Source: Spirochaetota bacterium (GTDB lineage: Bacteria; Spirochaetota; UBA6919; CBDBPB01). From it: a DNA stretch of 64,000 nt. The notes under the pieces are model-generated. The model had not been told where the DNA came from. It was given only the letters and a program-made list of their open reading frames with translations, and did not search any database. The translations under genes and the position numbers were made by a program. The stretch lies in contig CBDBPB010000004.1 in assembly GCA_965208615.1 (NCBI GenBank), forward strand, positions 512,001 to 576,000, read 5' to 3'. Shown one piece after another: positions 39,779 through 50,299 of the stretch; within the stretch, counting starts at the first letter, position 1, and every line of letters starts with the position of its first letter.

Positions 39779-41029
39779 TTAGTCGACTTTATCATTTACA
39801 TTGGGTTCTTCTGGACTAATTAACTCTATTCTAACCCTTTCAATGGTCTTTGGAGTTAACTCTTCAACTATAAACTTAAGATTGCCTTTTTGTATGACCT
39901 CTTTTAGGTTAGGAAAACGGTTTAGCTCATCCAGTATCATTTTACCAACTGTACGATGATTTTCTATATCGGTGTTGAAGTGTTTGTTTACCTCTTCAAC
40001 TAAAGTAAAGCCATGAGCAATAGCCTCTTTATCATTAATCTCTAAAATATGATATTCACCTGTATCACCCTCATTAACTATATCTCCAACGATCTCTTCT
40101 AATATATCCTCTAAGGATACTAATCCAGCTGTCCCACCGTACTCATCCACCACAACAGCAGTATGAGACTGAGATATTCTTAATTCTTCCATAAGTTTAT
40201 CTATTGGTTTATTCTCAGGAACAAATAAAATTTCTCTACTAAGCTCAGATAGTAAAATATCCTCATCGCCCTCACAAAGCCTTATTAGAGCATCAACCTT
40301 ATACAATAATCCAATAACCTGATCAATATTCTCTTTATACAAAGGAAAACGTGAAAAAGGACTCTTCAATATATCATTTTTAGCATTTTTAAGTAATAAA
40401 CTACCATCTAATGACTCCATAATAATCCTAGGGGTCATTATATCCTTAACTTTTATGTCGTTTAAAATTAATGCATTACTTATAATGGTCTCTTCTTCTT
40501 TTTCTAATACTCCTTGTCTGCTTCCTAAGGTTGCCAATACCTTAATCTCATCCTCAGATACAGACGGATAAACCTTTTTTCCAGTAAAAGGCTTTGTCAT
40601 AATACCCAATAAAAACAATATAGGATAAAACATCTTTGTTAGCCAATAAATAGGCTTAGCACCATATAGTGATATTTTATCAGCATAACGTTCTCCAATA
40701 GTTTTGGGTATAATCTCAGAAAATATTATAACCAAAAACGTAAACACTCCAGATATTAACCCTATCCATGGACTATCCAAGTACTCAGTGGTCAATACCC
40801 CCACTATAATAGATCCTACAATATTGGATATGTTATTAAGTATTACAATACTGGCAATTGGCTTTTGAATGGACTCTTTAATACTAAGAAGAATTGATGC
40901 AGAATTAACATCCCTTCTTACCCAGCCTCTAACACGGTTTATGGATACTGTAAATAAAGATGCCTCTACCATAGAACAAATGGCAGATAAAATTAAAACT
41001 ATTATTATAGTAAGAATTATGTAAATCAT
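39779..41029 (-). CDS. CNNM/DUF21-CBS-CorC hemolysin-family membrane protein
   Basis: SAICSMVEASL, FSEIIPK, IMTPR, FSRFP, VVDEYGGTAGLVSLEDILEEIVG. Confidence 0.92.
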   Translation of the reverse strand: MIYIILTIIIVLILSAICSMVEASLFTVSINRVRGWVRRDVNSASILLSIKESIQKPIASIVILNNISNIVGSIIVGVLTTEYLDSPWIGLISGVFTFLVIIFSEIIPKTIGERYADKISLYGAKPIYWLTKMFYPILFLLGIMTKPFTGKKVYPSVSEDEIKVLATLGSRQGVLEKEEETIISNALILNDIKVKDIMTPRIIMESLDGSLLLKNAKNDILKSPFSRFPLYKENIDQVIGLLYKVDALIRLCEGDEDILLSELSREILFVPENKPIDKLMEELRISQSHTAVVVDEYGGTAGLVSLEDILEEIVGDIVNEGDTGEYHILEINDKEAIAHGFTLVEEVNKHFNTDIENHRTVGKMILDELNRFPNLKEVIQKGNLKFIVEELTPKTIERVRIELISPEEPNVNDKVD

Positions 41030-42183
41030 CGTACGGTAAAATGCTCTCTTTTAAGGCCTATAAAATATAACGAAATAAAAAGTGTAAGTAAAGAAAGAAA
41101 TCCACAATAATAGAATAAAACGCTATATCCGTAATACTCAGTTAGTTGACCAGCAACAACTATTCCAAATATACTACCCAAACCAAAAGCAATTATAGAA
41201 AATGTGGATATACCACAAGTTCTGAATATAGCTTTAAATTTATGATCAATATAGCTTATGGACGTTGCTAAAAACAGTCCAAATGATAGTGAGTGAATAA
41301 GCTGTGATAACAATATTATCACAGGATTATTAAAACTCCCTAAAATAAACCATCTTAATGCCGTCATCAAGAAAACTACATTCAATAACATAAACCAATT
41401 CACCATAGATAATATGTTTTTGGAGTACTTAAGTAAAACTACCTCGCTAAGAACTGCTAACATGCTGGCAATACCTACAAAAAGCTTGCTATATCCCAGC
41501 TCTATTAAAAATACACCAAAAAATATATGATAACCTGCTAAACCTGCAATATGAAAAAAACATAATAATAAAAAGATTATTAACTCTTTATCTTTTAATA
41601 TAATAATAAATTGGGATACATGAGGCTTACTATCCCCACTAACCCTAACCCTAACCTTTAACGTACTCAAAAAACAAAAGAATAAATAAAAACTCATTCC
41701 ATACAACACAAACCTAATCGATAAATAATCCAATACTAAACCCAAAGATAATGCCCCAAAAATAAAACCAATAGAACCCCACATCCGTATAGAACCGTAA
41801 TCCGTATTGTGATTCGATACATAATCCAGAGTAGCACTATCTGTTAGTGGTATTATAGGATTACGAAAAGAAAAAAAGATAAAAGTCAAGATGATAAGAT
41901 ATATATATGAGTCTACGACTAAGTAAAACAAAGATAGAAAGAAACTTAAAAAAGTTATAATCTTAAGGAACTTCTCCTTAAAACTAAACTTATCAGAAAG
42001 ATATGCAAAACTAAAACTAACAATTATATGACTAATAGGTCCAGTCATGGTTATAATGGATATTTGCTGATTATTAAAGCCAGCATTCTTAAGATAGACC
42101 GCAAAAAAGTTAAGAAAAATCCCCATAAATGCGAAGTTATTAAAATTAATAGATTGTAATGCTCTTCTCATATTTAATTGCAA
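41026..42183 (-). CDS. MFS transporter (HcaT/MFS_1-like)
   Basis: About 12 hydrophobic segments; YGSIRMWGSIGF; LSQLIHSLSFG. Confidence 0.85.
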   Translation of the reverse strand: MQLNMRRALQSINFNNFAFMGIFLNFFAVYLKNAGFNNQQISIITMTGPISHIIVSFSFAYLSDKFSFKEKFLKIITFLSFFLSLFYLVVDSYIYLIILTFIFFSFRNPIIPLTDSATLDYVSNHNTDYGSIRMWGSIGFIFGALSLGLVLDYLSIRFVLYGMSFYLFFCFLSTLKVRVRVSGDSKPHVSQFIIILKDKELIIFLLLCFFHIAGLAGYHIFFGVFLIELGYSKLFVGIASMLAVLSEVVLLKYSKNILSMVNWFMLLNVVFLMTALRWFILGSFNNPVIILLSQLIHSLSFGLFLATSISYIDHKFKAIFRTCGISTFSIIAFGLGSIFGIVVAGQLTEYYGYSVLFYYCGFLSLLTLFISLYFIGLKREHFTVR

Positions 42184-42228
42184 CAGAACAAATAGTGCCT
42201 TTTTAAAAATGATAAGTAAAATAAGCCT

Positions 42229-42771
42229 CTAAGATATAATATCTCTATTTTTACGCCAGATACCCTTTAGATATAGTAAAATCTTTAAACGCCACTCAAA
42301 TATACTATTCTTTTTTATAAGTCCATGTTGACCAGCTGTAAAAGACGATAACACTGTTTTTATTACTGGGTTATCAGGATCAATTATAGAGGCCTCTTTA
42401 AAAATACGATATGCCCTGTCTATTTGCTTTTCTTTTAAGGCAAAATAACCGTCAAATATGGCCTCATTAATCTTCTCCTGTTTTTCTCTCTGTTTAGCAG
42501 TCATAACATTACGTTTAGAGAATATCCACAAAGACAAATACATAAGGAGGTATATAACCAAAAAAAGAGTTATTTTATTTTCGTTAGTATTTAAGTTAAA
42601 AAATATCTTTTCAAGCTTAGGGATCAACGCAGCAATAGGAGTACAAATAGCAACTCCAGCAAGTGTCCACCAAAAATAGGCGTAGCGTTTATATAACGCA
42701 AGAATAAAAAATAATATGCCAGATAATATAATAGCAGCTATAAAAAGCAGAAGAAGACTATTAGCATTCAT
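42229..42771 (-). CDS. Hypothetical membrane protein (3 TM plus a TPR-like helix)
   Basis: Hydrophobic N-terminus; AYRIFKEASIIDPDN. Confidence 0.6.
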   Translation of the reverse strand: MNANSLLLLFIAAIILSGILFFILALYKRYAYFWWTLAGVAICTPIAALIPKLEKIFFNLNTNENKITLFLVIYLLMYLSLWIFSKRNVMTAKQREKQEKINEAIFDGYFALKEKQIDRAYRIFKEASIIDPDNPVIKTVLSSFTAGQHGLIKKNSIFEWRLKILLYLKGIWRKNRDIIS

Positions 42772-42837
42772 ATACTAATATGTAATCCAACATTTAATGT
42801 ACCTATAAATTCCATTAAAAATAACTATATTCAGTTA

Positions 42838-43341
42838 TTAGGTAATACTACTAGCATCACGAATAGACTCAATTTCTTCAAAGGATAATAACTTATTAAT
42901 ATCCAAAATAATTAGTAGATTATCATCGGAATCTCTACCAACACCAGATATATACTCACGGCCAATTCCAGCAACAACAGGAGGAGGAGGGAGAATCTGA
43001 GACATTGGTATACTAATTACTTTGGATATACCATCAATTATAACTCCCATAACAAGATCTACCAGCCGTACAACAACTATACCTCTACTAGCCTCTTCAC
43101 CACCTATAAGATTAAACCTCTTTTTTAAGTCAATTATAGGTATGACATTGCCCCTAAGATTAATAACGCCTTCAACAAACTCAAGAGAATTAGGAATAGG
43201 AGTAATCCGTTCCATTTTAATAATCTCCTGAGTTTGCATAATATCAATGCCATACTTCTCACCGGCTAACATAAAGGTTACTAATTGCTTGATCTTATCA
43301 TCTTTAACTGTTACCTTAGACTCATCCTTATCTTGACCCAT
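42838..43341 (-). CDS. cheW: Chemotaxis coupling protein CheW
   Basis: QLVTF, YGIDI, EII, GVINLRGNVIPIIDL, LIILDINKLL. Confidence 0.95.
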   Translation of the reverse strand: MGQDKDESKVTVKDDKIKQLVTFMLAGEKYGIDIMQTQEIIKMERITPIPNSLEFVEGVINLRGNVIPIIDLKKRFNLIGGEEASRGIVVVRLVDLVMGVIIDGISKVISIPMSQILPPPPVVAGIGREYISGVGRDSDDNLLIILDINKLLSFEEIESIRDASSIT

Positions 43342-43414
43342 AAGTTTTTATCCTTAAGTCTTATTATATATTTAAAATATATAAAATTGTCCAGATAAAA
43401 TCAAACTATTTTTA

Positions 43415-45571
43415 TTAGCCAAAAATATTATAATGTATCCACACAACAGCAGAGGCCGAGATAATAGATACCATACCCATAAGCTTTAACAAAATATTAA
43501 TAGACGGACCAGACGTATCCTTAAAAGGATCACCAACAGTATCCCCTACAACAGCGGCTTTATGATTATCAGAACCCTTTCCACCAAGATTACCAGCCTC
43601 AATATACTTTTTGGCATTATCCCAAGCTCCACCAGCATTAGCCATCATAATAGCCAGTGCAAAACCAGATACCAAAGAACCTGCTAAAAGAGCTACCACA
43701 GACTTAACTCCGAATAATATACCCACAAGCAAAGGAGCTATAATAGCTAATAACGTAGGTACTATCATCTCTTTTAAGGCACCCTTTGTACTAATATCAA
43801 CACAAGAGGCATAATCAGGCTTAGTCTTACCTTCCATAATACCAGGAATCTCTCTAAACTGCCTTCTAACCTCCTCTACCATACTACCAGCAGCCCTACC
43901 CACCGCACTCATAGTCATTGCACTAAAGAAAAATGGTAACATAGCTCCAATAAATAATCCAATTAGTACAAATGGATCAGTAATGTCATATACAAGCTTT
44001 GTTATTCCATAATCCTTAACCAAAGGCAGTATGCTCTGAGAATATGCCGCCAATAACGTAAGAGCAGTCAATGCCGCAGAACCAATAGCAAAACCTTTAC
44101 CAGTAGCCGCAGTAGTATTACCAAGGGCATCCAGTGCATCAGTCTTCTCTCTAACTTCTGGAGGTAGTTCACTCATCTCGGCTACACCGCCAGCATTATC
44201 TGCCACAGGGCCATAAGCATCAGTAGCTAAGGTAATCCCAAGAGTGGATAGCATACCAATAGCCGCCATACCAATTCCATATAATCCATAATTCATATCA
44301 TCAAAACCACCAGTAGCTGAAAAAGCACCAATAATACCAATGACAATAGTTATAACAGGTATAACCGTAGACTGCATTCCAATAGCTAAACCACCAATAA
44401 TAATAGTAGCAGGACCAGTGTTAGACTGCTCAGCTAACCTTTGCGTAGGCTTATACTCAAATGAGGTGTAGTATTCAGTAAAATAGCCGATAATATTACC
44501 CGCAACTAAACCAAGTATTACTGCCCAAAAAATACCCATTCCGCCCCAGCCTATCTCTATTGACATAGATTTTAAATAATATACAAAAGCAAAAGTACCA
44601 GCCACCATTAAAAAGGATGCAAAATATATACCTCTTCTAAGAGCCCATAAAAGGCTATGCATGGTAGCACCTTCTTTTGTCTTAACCAAAAAAGTGCCTA
44701 CTATAGACGCTATAACACCAATAGCCGCTAAAACTAGTGGAGCTGATACAAGAGATATAAACTGTACTGAATCAGTAAAGCTTATAGAAAATGCAACTGC
44801 GGCAATAGCCATAGTTGCCACTATAGAGCCAATATATGACTCATAAAGATCAGCACCCATTCCAGCAACATCACCTACGTTATCCCCAACGTTATCTGCT
44901 ATAGTAGCTGGATTCCTTGGATCATCCTCTGGTATACCAGCCTCAACCTTACCCACAAGATCAGCACCTACATCAGCGGCTTTAGTATATATTCCACCAC
45001 CAACTCGAGCGAATAGTGCCATAGATGAGGCTCCAAGGCCAGATGTAATAAGAACTTCGGTAATAATAGTCATTTCTTTTGCAGTGTTATCAGCTATTTG
45101 AGTTAAAATCAAATACCAAGCCGATAAATGCAATAAACCAAGTCCTACAACCAACATCCCCATAACAGCACCAGAACTAAATGCTACTCTAAGTCCACTA
45201 TTTAATGACTTTTTTGCTCCCCATGCAGTACGACTATTAGCATTTGTTGCCATTTTCATCCCAAAAAAACCAGCAAGCATAGAAAATATACCACCAGATA
45301 AAAATGAGAATGGAACAAGATAAGCATAGGATCCAAGTCTATTAGTATCCAGGCCCCACGCCTTTAAAAAAAGTAAAACAAATACCACAATAAAAAATAT
45401 CGCTACAATAAAATATTGTCTTTTTAAATAAGCACTAGCTCCTTCTCTTATATAACGAGAAATCTCTTTCATTTTATCAGTTCCCTCATCTTTACTCATA
45501 ACCACTCTAGACGCAACAATGGCAAAGATAATTCCTCCTATGGCACCCAGCCATGATAACCAAGTCAACAT
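43415..45571 (-). CDS. hppA: Membrane-bound K+-dependent ion-translocating pyrophosphatase (probably Na+-PPase)
   Basis: GGGIYTKAADVGADLVGKVE, DNVGDNVGD, DAYGPVADNAGG, GNTTAA (Ala indicates K+ dependence), GDTVGDPFKD. Confidence 0.95.
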   Translation of the reverse strand: MLTWLSWLGAIGGIIFAIVASRVVMSKDEGTDKMKEISRYIREGASAYLKRQYFIVAIFFIVVFVLLFLKAWGLDTNRLGSYAYLVPFSFLSGGIFSMLAGFFGMKMATNANSRTAWGAKKSLNSGLRVAFSSGAVMGMLVVGLGLLHLSAWYLILTQIADNTAKEMTIITEVLITSGLGASSMALFARVGGGIYTKAADVGADLVGKVEAGIPEDDPRNPATIADNVGDNVGDVAGMGADLYESYIGSIVATMAIAAVAFSISFTDSVQFISLVSAPLVLAAIGVIASIVGTFLVKTKEGATMHSLLWALRRGIYFASFLMVAGTFAFVYYLKSMSIEIGWGGMGIFWAVILGLVAGNIIGYFTEYYTSFEYKPTQRLAEQSNTGPATIIIGGLAIGMQSTVIPVITIVIGIIGAFSATGGFDDMNYGLYGIGMAAIGMLSTLGITLATDAYGPVADNAGGVAEMSELPPEVREKTDALDALGNTTAATGKGFAIGSAALTALTLLAAYSQSILPLVKDYGITKLVYDITDPFVLIGLFIGAMLPFFFSAMTMSAVGRAAGSMVEEVRRQFREIPGIMEGKTKPDYASCVDISTKGALKEMIVPTLLAIIAPLLVGILFGVKSVVALLAGSLVSGFALAIMMANAGGAWDNAKKYIEAGNLGGKGSDNHKAAVVGDTVGDPFKDTSGPSINILLKLMGMVSIISASAVVWIHYNIFG

Positions 45572-45850
45572 AAATCTACTCCTTTTAAGAATTGTAATTT
45601 TTAATTATAATTTATTATATATTAGGTTAGCTCTTAGTAATAAAAGCGTATAACAAAACTTTTTCTAATTTTATTTTTTTATTAAGCTGTACAAACTTTT
45701 TCAAATCATGATAAATATAATAAAAAAGTATTAGTTAGTGTATTAAATATATTAATTAAGAAACTTTATTTTTTTAATAAAGTCATTAAAAAGGATTAAG
45801 ATATGGCTTGAAGCATAGTTAGTAAATTATAATTTTTTAAAAAGCATTAT

Positions 45851-47074
45851 TTACTTATTTTTCAATCTTGCGGATTCACGTTTTTCTATACTTTTGGCTA
45901 TTTTAGCTTCTTTTTTTAGTTCTCCTAGGTCAGTGCAGTGAATTTTTTTATTGTTATCTATCAGCTTAAATTTTTTATTTTTTAATAGTTCTGCCATAGC
46001 CTTTTTACCATCATTTTGACTAAGTCCAACCATGTTAATTAATTCTTTTGCCCCAAATTCGAAGGTATAGGGGGCTTTTTCTATTTTAATTTTTTCTTTT
46101 TCGATTTGTAACAGCAAAGTATCAAACAGCTTTGCAAGCGGATTTTTAAGCAAGTTATTTTCTAGTTGTCGGGAGCCTGCCCACAATCTCTCACTAAGTA
46201 TGGTAATTAGCCTAGTTGCTAACTGAGGCTGAGAAACTACCATTTGCTGAAAGTTTTCATTATTAACGGCCATAACAACAACATCGCCATAAGCAATTGC
46301 TGTTGCACTACGAGGTTTATTTTCCAAGATAGCCATTTCACCAAAAATATCTCCTGCTTTAAGTACAGCAATAAGTTTTTCACTATTATCAAGGACTTTA
46401 GTAATTTTAACCTGTCCTTGTTGGATAATATAAAGTTCATTACCTATTTCGTGTTCACAAAAGACAACGGTATTATCTTTAAAGGTTTTAGTAAAGCCTT
46501 TTTGATTATCAGGATTCATAGCATCCTTAGCAAGCGATGAAAGGGTAGATATTTTATTTTTTGCATCATCTATATTAGTATCATCGGGTTTGTACTGAAC
46601 AAAACGGATATAAGCATAAAGAGCTTGGTTATAATGTTTTATAGAGTTATAATAATTACCGATTGCATATAGTTGGCTCGGATCATCTTCAGCATGTTCT
46701 TTACCAGTTACCTCAACCATTTTTTTATCTAGTATACGGAGTCGTTTACTAAATGACCGTATTATTTTCATTGCGATATTAGTATTATTCTGAATGAGGG
46801 CACCAAACTGATCTCTATTTACAGAGACCAAAACAACATCAGTTTTTGATTGAGCGCTTTCTTCTCTTGGATGTCCACTCATACAAGAGATCAGCCCAAA
46901 GAACTCTCCTGGAGATAAAAGTGTTTCGCTATCATCATTAAAAGTGATTTCTCTAGTGAGCAAGATTTTTCCTTCTTGTATAATAAAAAAAGAATCTATA
47001 TCCTGTTTTCCTTCGATCATAACGAAGGCATTAGCTTTAAAGCTGATAATAGAGACTTTCAAGGATTCGGGCAT
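45851..47074 (-). CDS. Crp-family protein with two cNMP-binding domains separated by a TPR
   Basis: GEFFG...PREESA and GDIFGEMAILENKPRSATA; TPR LYAIGNYY...ALYAYIRFVQYKPD; C-terminal HTH-like region. Confidence 0.85.
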   Translation of the reverse strand: MPESLKVSIISFKANAFVMIEGKQDIDSFFIIQEGKILLTREITFNDDSETLLSPGEFFGLISCMSGHPREESAQSKTDVVLVSVNRDQFGALIQNNTNIAMKIIRSFSKRLRILDKKMVEVTGKEHAEDDPSQLYAIGNYYNSIKHYNQALYAYIRFVQYKPDDTNIDDAKNKISTLSSLAKDAMNPDNQKGFTKTFKDNTVVFCEHEIGNELYIIQQGQVKITKVLDNSEKLIAVLKAGDIFGEMAILENKPRSATAIAYGDVVVMAVNNENFQQMVVSQPQLATRLITILSERLWAGSRQLENNLLKNPLAKLFDTLLLQIEKEKIKIEKAPYTFEFGAKELINMVGLSQNDGKKAMAELLKNKKFKLIDNNKKIHCTDLGELKKEAKIAKSIEKRESARLKNK

Positions 47075-47303
47075 ATAACATCCTCAACAAATAATGTTTA
47101 TTTAATATAATTAATATAATATATGAAGTTAGTTTATTTTCAATTTCGTAAATATATGTTTTTTTTCGGAAAAAAGTTTATATTACTTAATATATAATTA
47201 TTTAATAAAAATATATAGTAATTATATCAGAGAGGCATCCGAATTATAAAATAGTTCCAACAGTTATCCTATATATTTATTAAGATAGAGGATAGTTATT
47301 CTT

Positions 47304-47351
47304 TAGTAGTACTATTTTATAGTGGTACTATTTTATAGTGGTAAAATTCTA
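47304..47351. repeat. 16-bp tandem repeat, ~3 copies (TAGTGGTACTATTTTA)
   Basis: tagtagtactatttta / tagtggtactatttta / tagtggtaaaattcta. Confidence 0.8.
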
Positions 47352-47630
47352 CTAATGCACTTTTTGAATTTTGTTTCCAAAACTTTATCGTATAGATCAT
47401 ATAAGATGTATAGTTGTTACTAGTTGTTCTAGTAGTGTAGCTGAAAAGTATTCTAACTAATTTATCTATCTAAAGCTAAAAAATACAGATTATCAAGTTA
47501 TAGAAAGAGTTTTGATGAAAGTAAAAAGGTTGTAAAAGAGGTTATTGACAATGGGGATAGATATAAACATGTAGGTTTAGACTTTGAGTTAGGGTTTATA
47601 AGCATATTTATTTTTTTTGTTAATGTTAAG

Positions 47631-48138
47631 GGGATATTATTTAATAATTCAGTTATCATTTTATGATAGAGTTATGACAAAGTCTACAAGGTAAAAAGCA
47701 ATACATATAACGTAAAGGTAGACAGATTTTAGATTTCTTTATGGAACAGGAAAGTTAAAATATTCATGGAAAAGTTATTTTCTTGTATCAAGCAGGTTAT
47801 CCCACTATGCTCTTTAAGTGCTGTTTAAATGCTTCAGCAATGAGCACAAAATATCACTTTTTATGCAAGTAGTCATCACTACGAGAGCTATTAAGAATCC
47901 CTTACTGAGACTAAGAATTATAGACCTTTATTAAGTAATAACGGATTTGCCCTTCCATAAAGACGTAGAGCGAATTATTCAAATATCGCATATTGACTTT
48001 ATATGTAAAGCTTCAAAAAGTATAGCTAATCCTCTGTGAGTAAATAACAAATAAAAAAATAATCTGCTAAAACCTTAACTAACAAAATGCCTGATAGAAT
48101 GTTTTTTGTTATATTTTCTAAAACGTTTGTTAACGCCT
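47631..48138. repeat. Dispersed non-coding palindromic element, copy B
   Basis: Homologous to 2641-3053; left end GGGATATTATTTAA; perfect internal stem 47736-47746/47953-47963. Confidence 0.7.
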
Positions 48139-48145
48139 AGTACTA

Positions 48146-48174
48146 AAACAGTTAGGCTGTAAGTTAGTCCATAA
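48146..48174. repeat. 29-bp direct repeat, left copy (partner at 49941-49969)
   Basis: AAACAGTTAGGCTGTAAGTTAGTCCATAA vs AAACAGTTAGGCTATAGGTTAGTCCATAA, 27/29 identical. Confidence 0.88.
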
Positions 48175-48271
48175 AGGGATAACAACATTCACCCACAATA
48201 AAAGTTAATATATAAAAATCTCAAGGCAAGGCGGGTTATCCTACTTTTCTAAAAAAGTAAAAAGTTTTTTT

Positions 48272-49928
48272 TTACGCTGTATAAGTTAGGTTTTTACTAG
48301 TACTATTATTAGATACATGATGGTTATTGTTCTGGCTCAGCAGTTGAAAAACCTTATCAAATTGAGATCCATAATCCGGATAATTATCTTTTAGCTTCTG
48401 AAGCTCTTTTGAGTCCAGCTTGTAGTCATTATAATAATATTTAGCTGTACGGTTTTTAACATGATCAGGTAGACTGTCAGGTAAAATCTTGGCTATATTA
48501 ACTTTATTACTAGCCTTACTAAAAACAGCATTCATAATTCGGCCTTTGTTGTTAAAAGTATTTATATACTTTTGACTATCAGCACTGGATAAGCTTTTAG
48601 CATCTACGTTGTTAGTGAAGCCTGCATTAAGAACTTTACCATTCCTATTAGTCATGAATACAATGTTTCCTGATTAATCGTCGGATGGATAAAAAAGATC
48701 TTTTCCTACTGCATATTTTCTATACAAAAATTGATCAACCACCTAACAAAAGTGGAATAAATGAAGCCATGCCTGCAGAATAATAAATATCAGACCTGGA
48801 AACTCCTCTTTTACCTATAATTCCCTTTACATTTTCAAAATACTCGTAAGCTTTATTAGATTTATTTTCACCTTTAAATGAATGAAAGTTTCTATCTATA
48901 CTTGCGATTGAAAGTAACTTGTTTCTGAAGTCCTTTACTAAGCAATAGCTTATATTATGAAAGAGTTTATCATGCTTTTCTTTAAATGTACTAAAAAGTG
49001 TAGGATAAACAATAGACCACTTTTTCACAATAGACTTTCTATGCCCCATCTAAATTCATAATCTATTTTATCCTATTCATTCACTAGTTTATCACCATAA
49101 CTATTCCCTTCAGCACCATAAATTGGAAAATAGCTCTTTAATAGCTTGATACCTAAAAACCTTACCTAAAGGACTATCATTATATTTATTTATACCCATT
49201 AGAATATTATAAGTCTTATAGGTATCTCTAAATTGATTTAATAAATTATTGTCAGCACTAATCAAGTCCTCAAGATAACCAATAAGTTTTTTATGATCAT
49301 CATCACTAAGTTTAATATTTCTATCTTTAATAATCAGGCTATTAAAACTAACGTTATAACGTTCTCCTATCTCTTGAAGATATCCTGTCAACTCTGCATA
49401 GTTATAAGCTGAATTTCCATTGTCCTTACTTATAATATCAAAAGCTTCTCCTTTGCCTATTTGTCTTAAAAGCGCACTAGTATTGTAGTAATAGCTTCTA
49501 TTGACTCCTATAGCTTGATAAAACGAACCAAGCATTTTTAGACTTTGATTATCTGTATTCTTTTTAAGATAAGTAAGAAGATCATCAGCCAACCACTTTT
49601 CATACATAAATCTAGTGAAAACACTTTTCTTTAACATAGACTGTTCTAACTTTTTATCCCCTAATACGCCTCTAAGAAGTTTGTAATACCTAGTAATTTT
49701 AGTTGCTATGTCCATATGTAGAGTAAAGCCGTAAATATATTTATTCACGACGAGCTTAATCAATTTGTCTGCTGGAGAGGCTACTTTAAGGGGTTGAAAA
49801 GGCATATAATCCTTATGGGAACCGTAAGCCCTACTAACATCGAAACTTTTGTAAATTAAGTTGTATAAACTATATATAATGACTATTGCTACAGTAATTA
49901 CGAAGATAAAAGTTCGTTTTTTTCCCAT
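48272..49928 (-). pseudogene. Probable decayed membrane-anchored/exported protein gene, now three ORF fragments (272, 104 and 127 aa)
   Basis: Only the first ORF has an RBS (GGAGG) and an N-terminal TM; both gaps read through in shifted frames, each with one in-frame stop. Confidence 0.5.
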
Positions 49929-49940
49929 TATAAACCCTCC

Positions 49941-49969
49941 AAACAGTTAGGCTATAGGTTAGTCCATAA
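49941..49969. repeat. 29-bp direct repeat, right copy
   Basis: Matches 48146-48174; lies directly 5' of the RBS of ORF 49928. Confidence 0.88.
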
Positions 49970-50104
49970 GGAGTAAATATTACTAATAACTCAAATGCTT
50001 AAATCTAAAATCTTTTATTATATTTATTATAACTTTCGATAATACAACTAAAGTAAATCTGAAATAGCTATGTTAGTAAACATCCCAATATTAGTTTTTT
50101 TTTC

Positions 50105-50133
50105 TTGACATCCAAAAGAATTAGGGTTATACT
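50105..50133 (+). promoter_or_regulatory. Sigma70 promoter for greA
   Basis: TTGACA-17 bp-TATACT. Confidence 0.7.
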
Positions 50134-50299
50134 TTAATATATAAAAAAAAGATTAAATCTGGCTACTTCTACTTAAGAATCGCAAATCAATCGAATACTA
50201 CTAACTTCAAAATATAAGTAAATGTCTTTTATAAAACTTATAAATATTATAAAGTATTATAGCAATTAGGTTTAATTCATTAAGCTAAGAGGTACTAAA

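Noticed and set aside
47940-47985. GFALP*R-VERII as a remnant of an IS5-family transposase motif
   Set aside because: It requires a stop and a frameshift and is not retained in copy A; too weak to call a transposase pseudogene
48177-48241. GGATAAC...GTTATCC inverted repeat as an integron attC site
   Set aside because: The cores deviate from RYYYAAC/GTTRRRY, the inner arms pair poorly, and there is only one instance and no integrase
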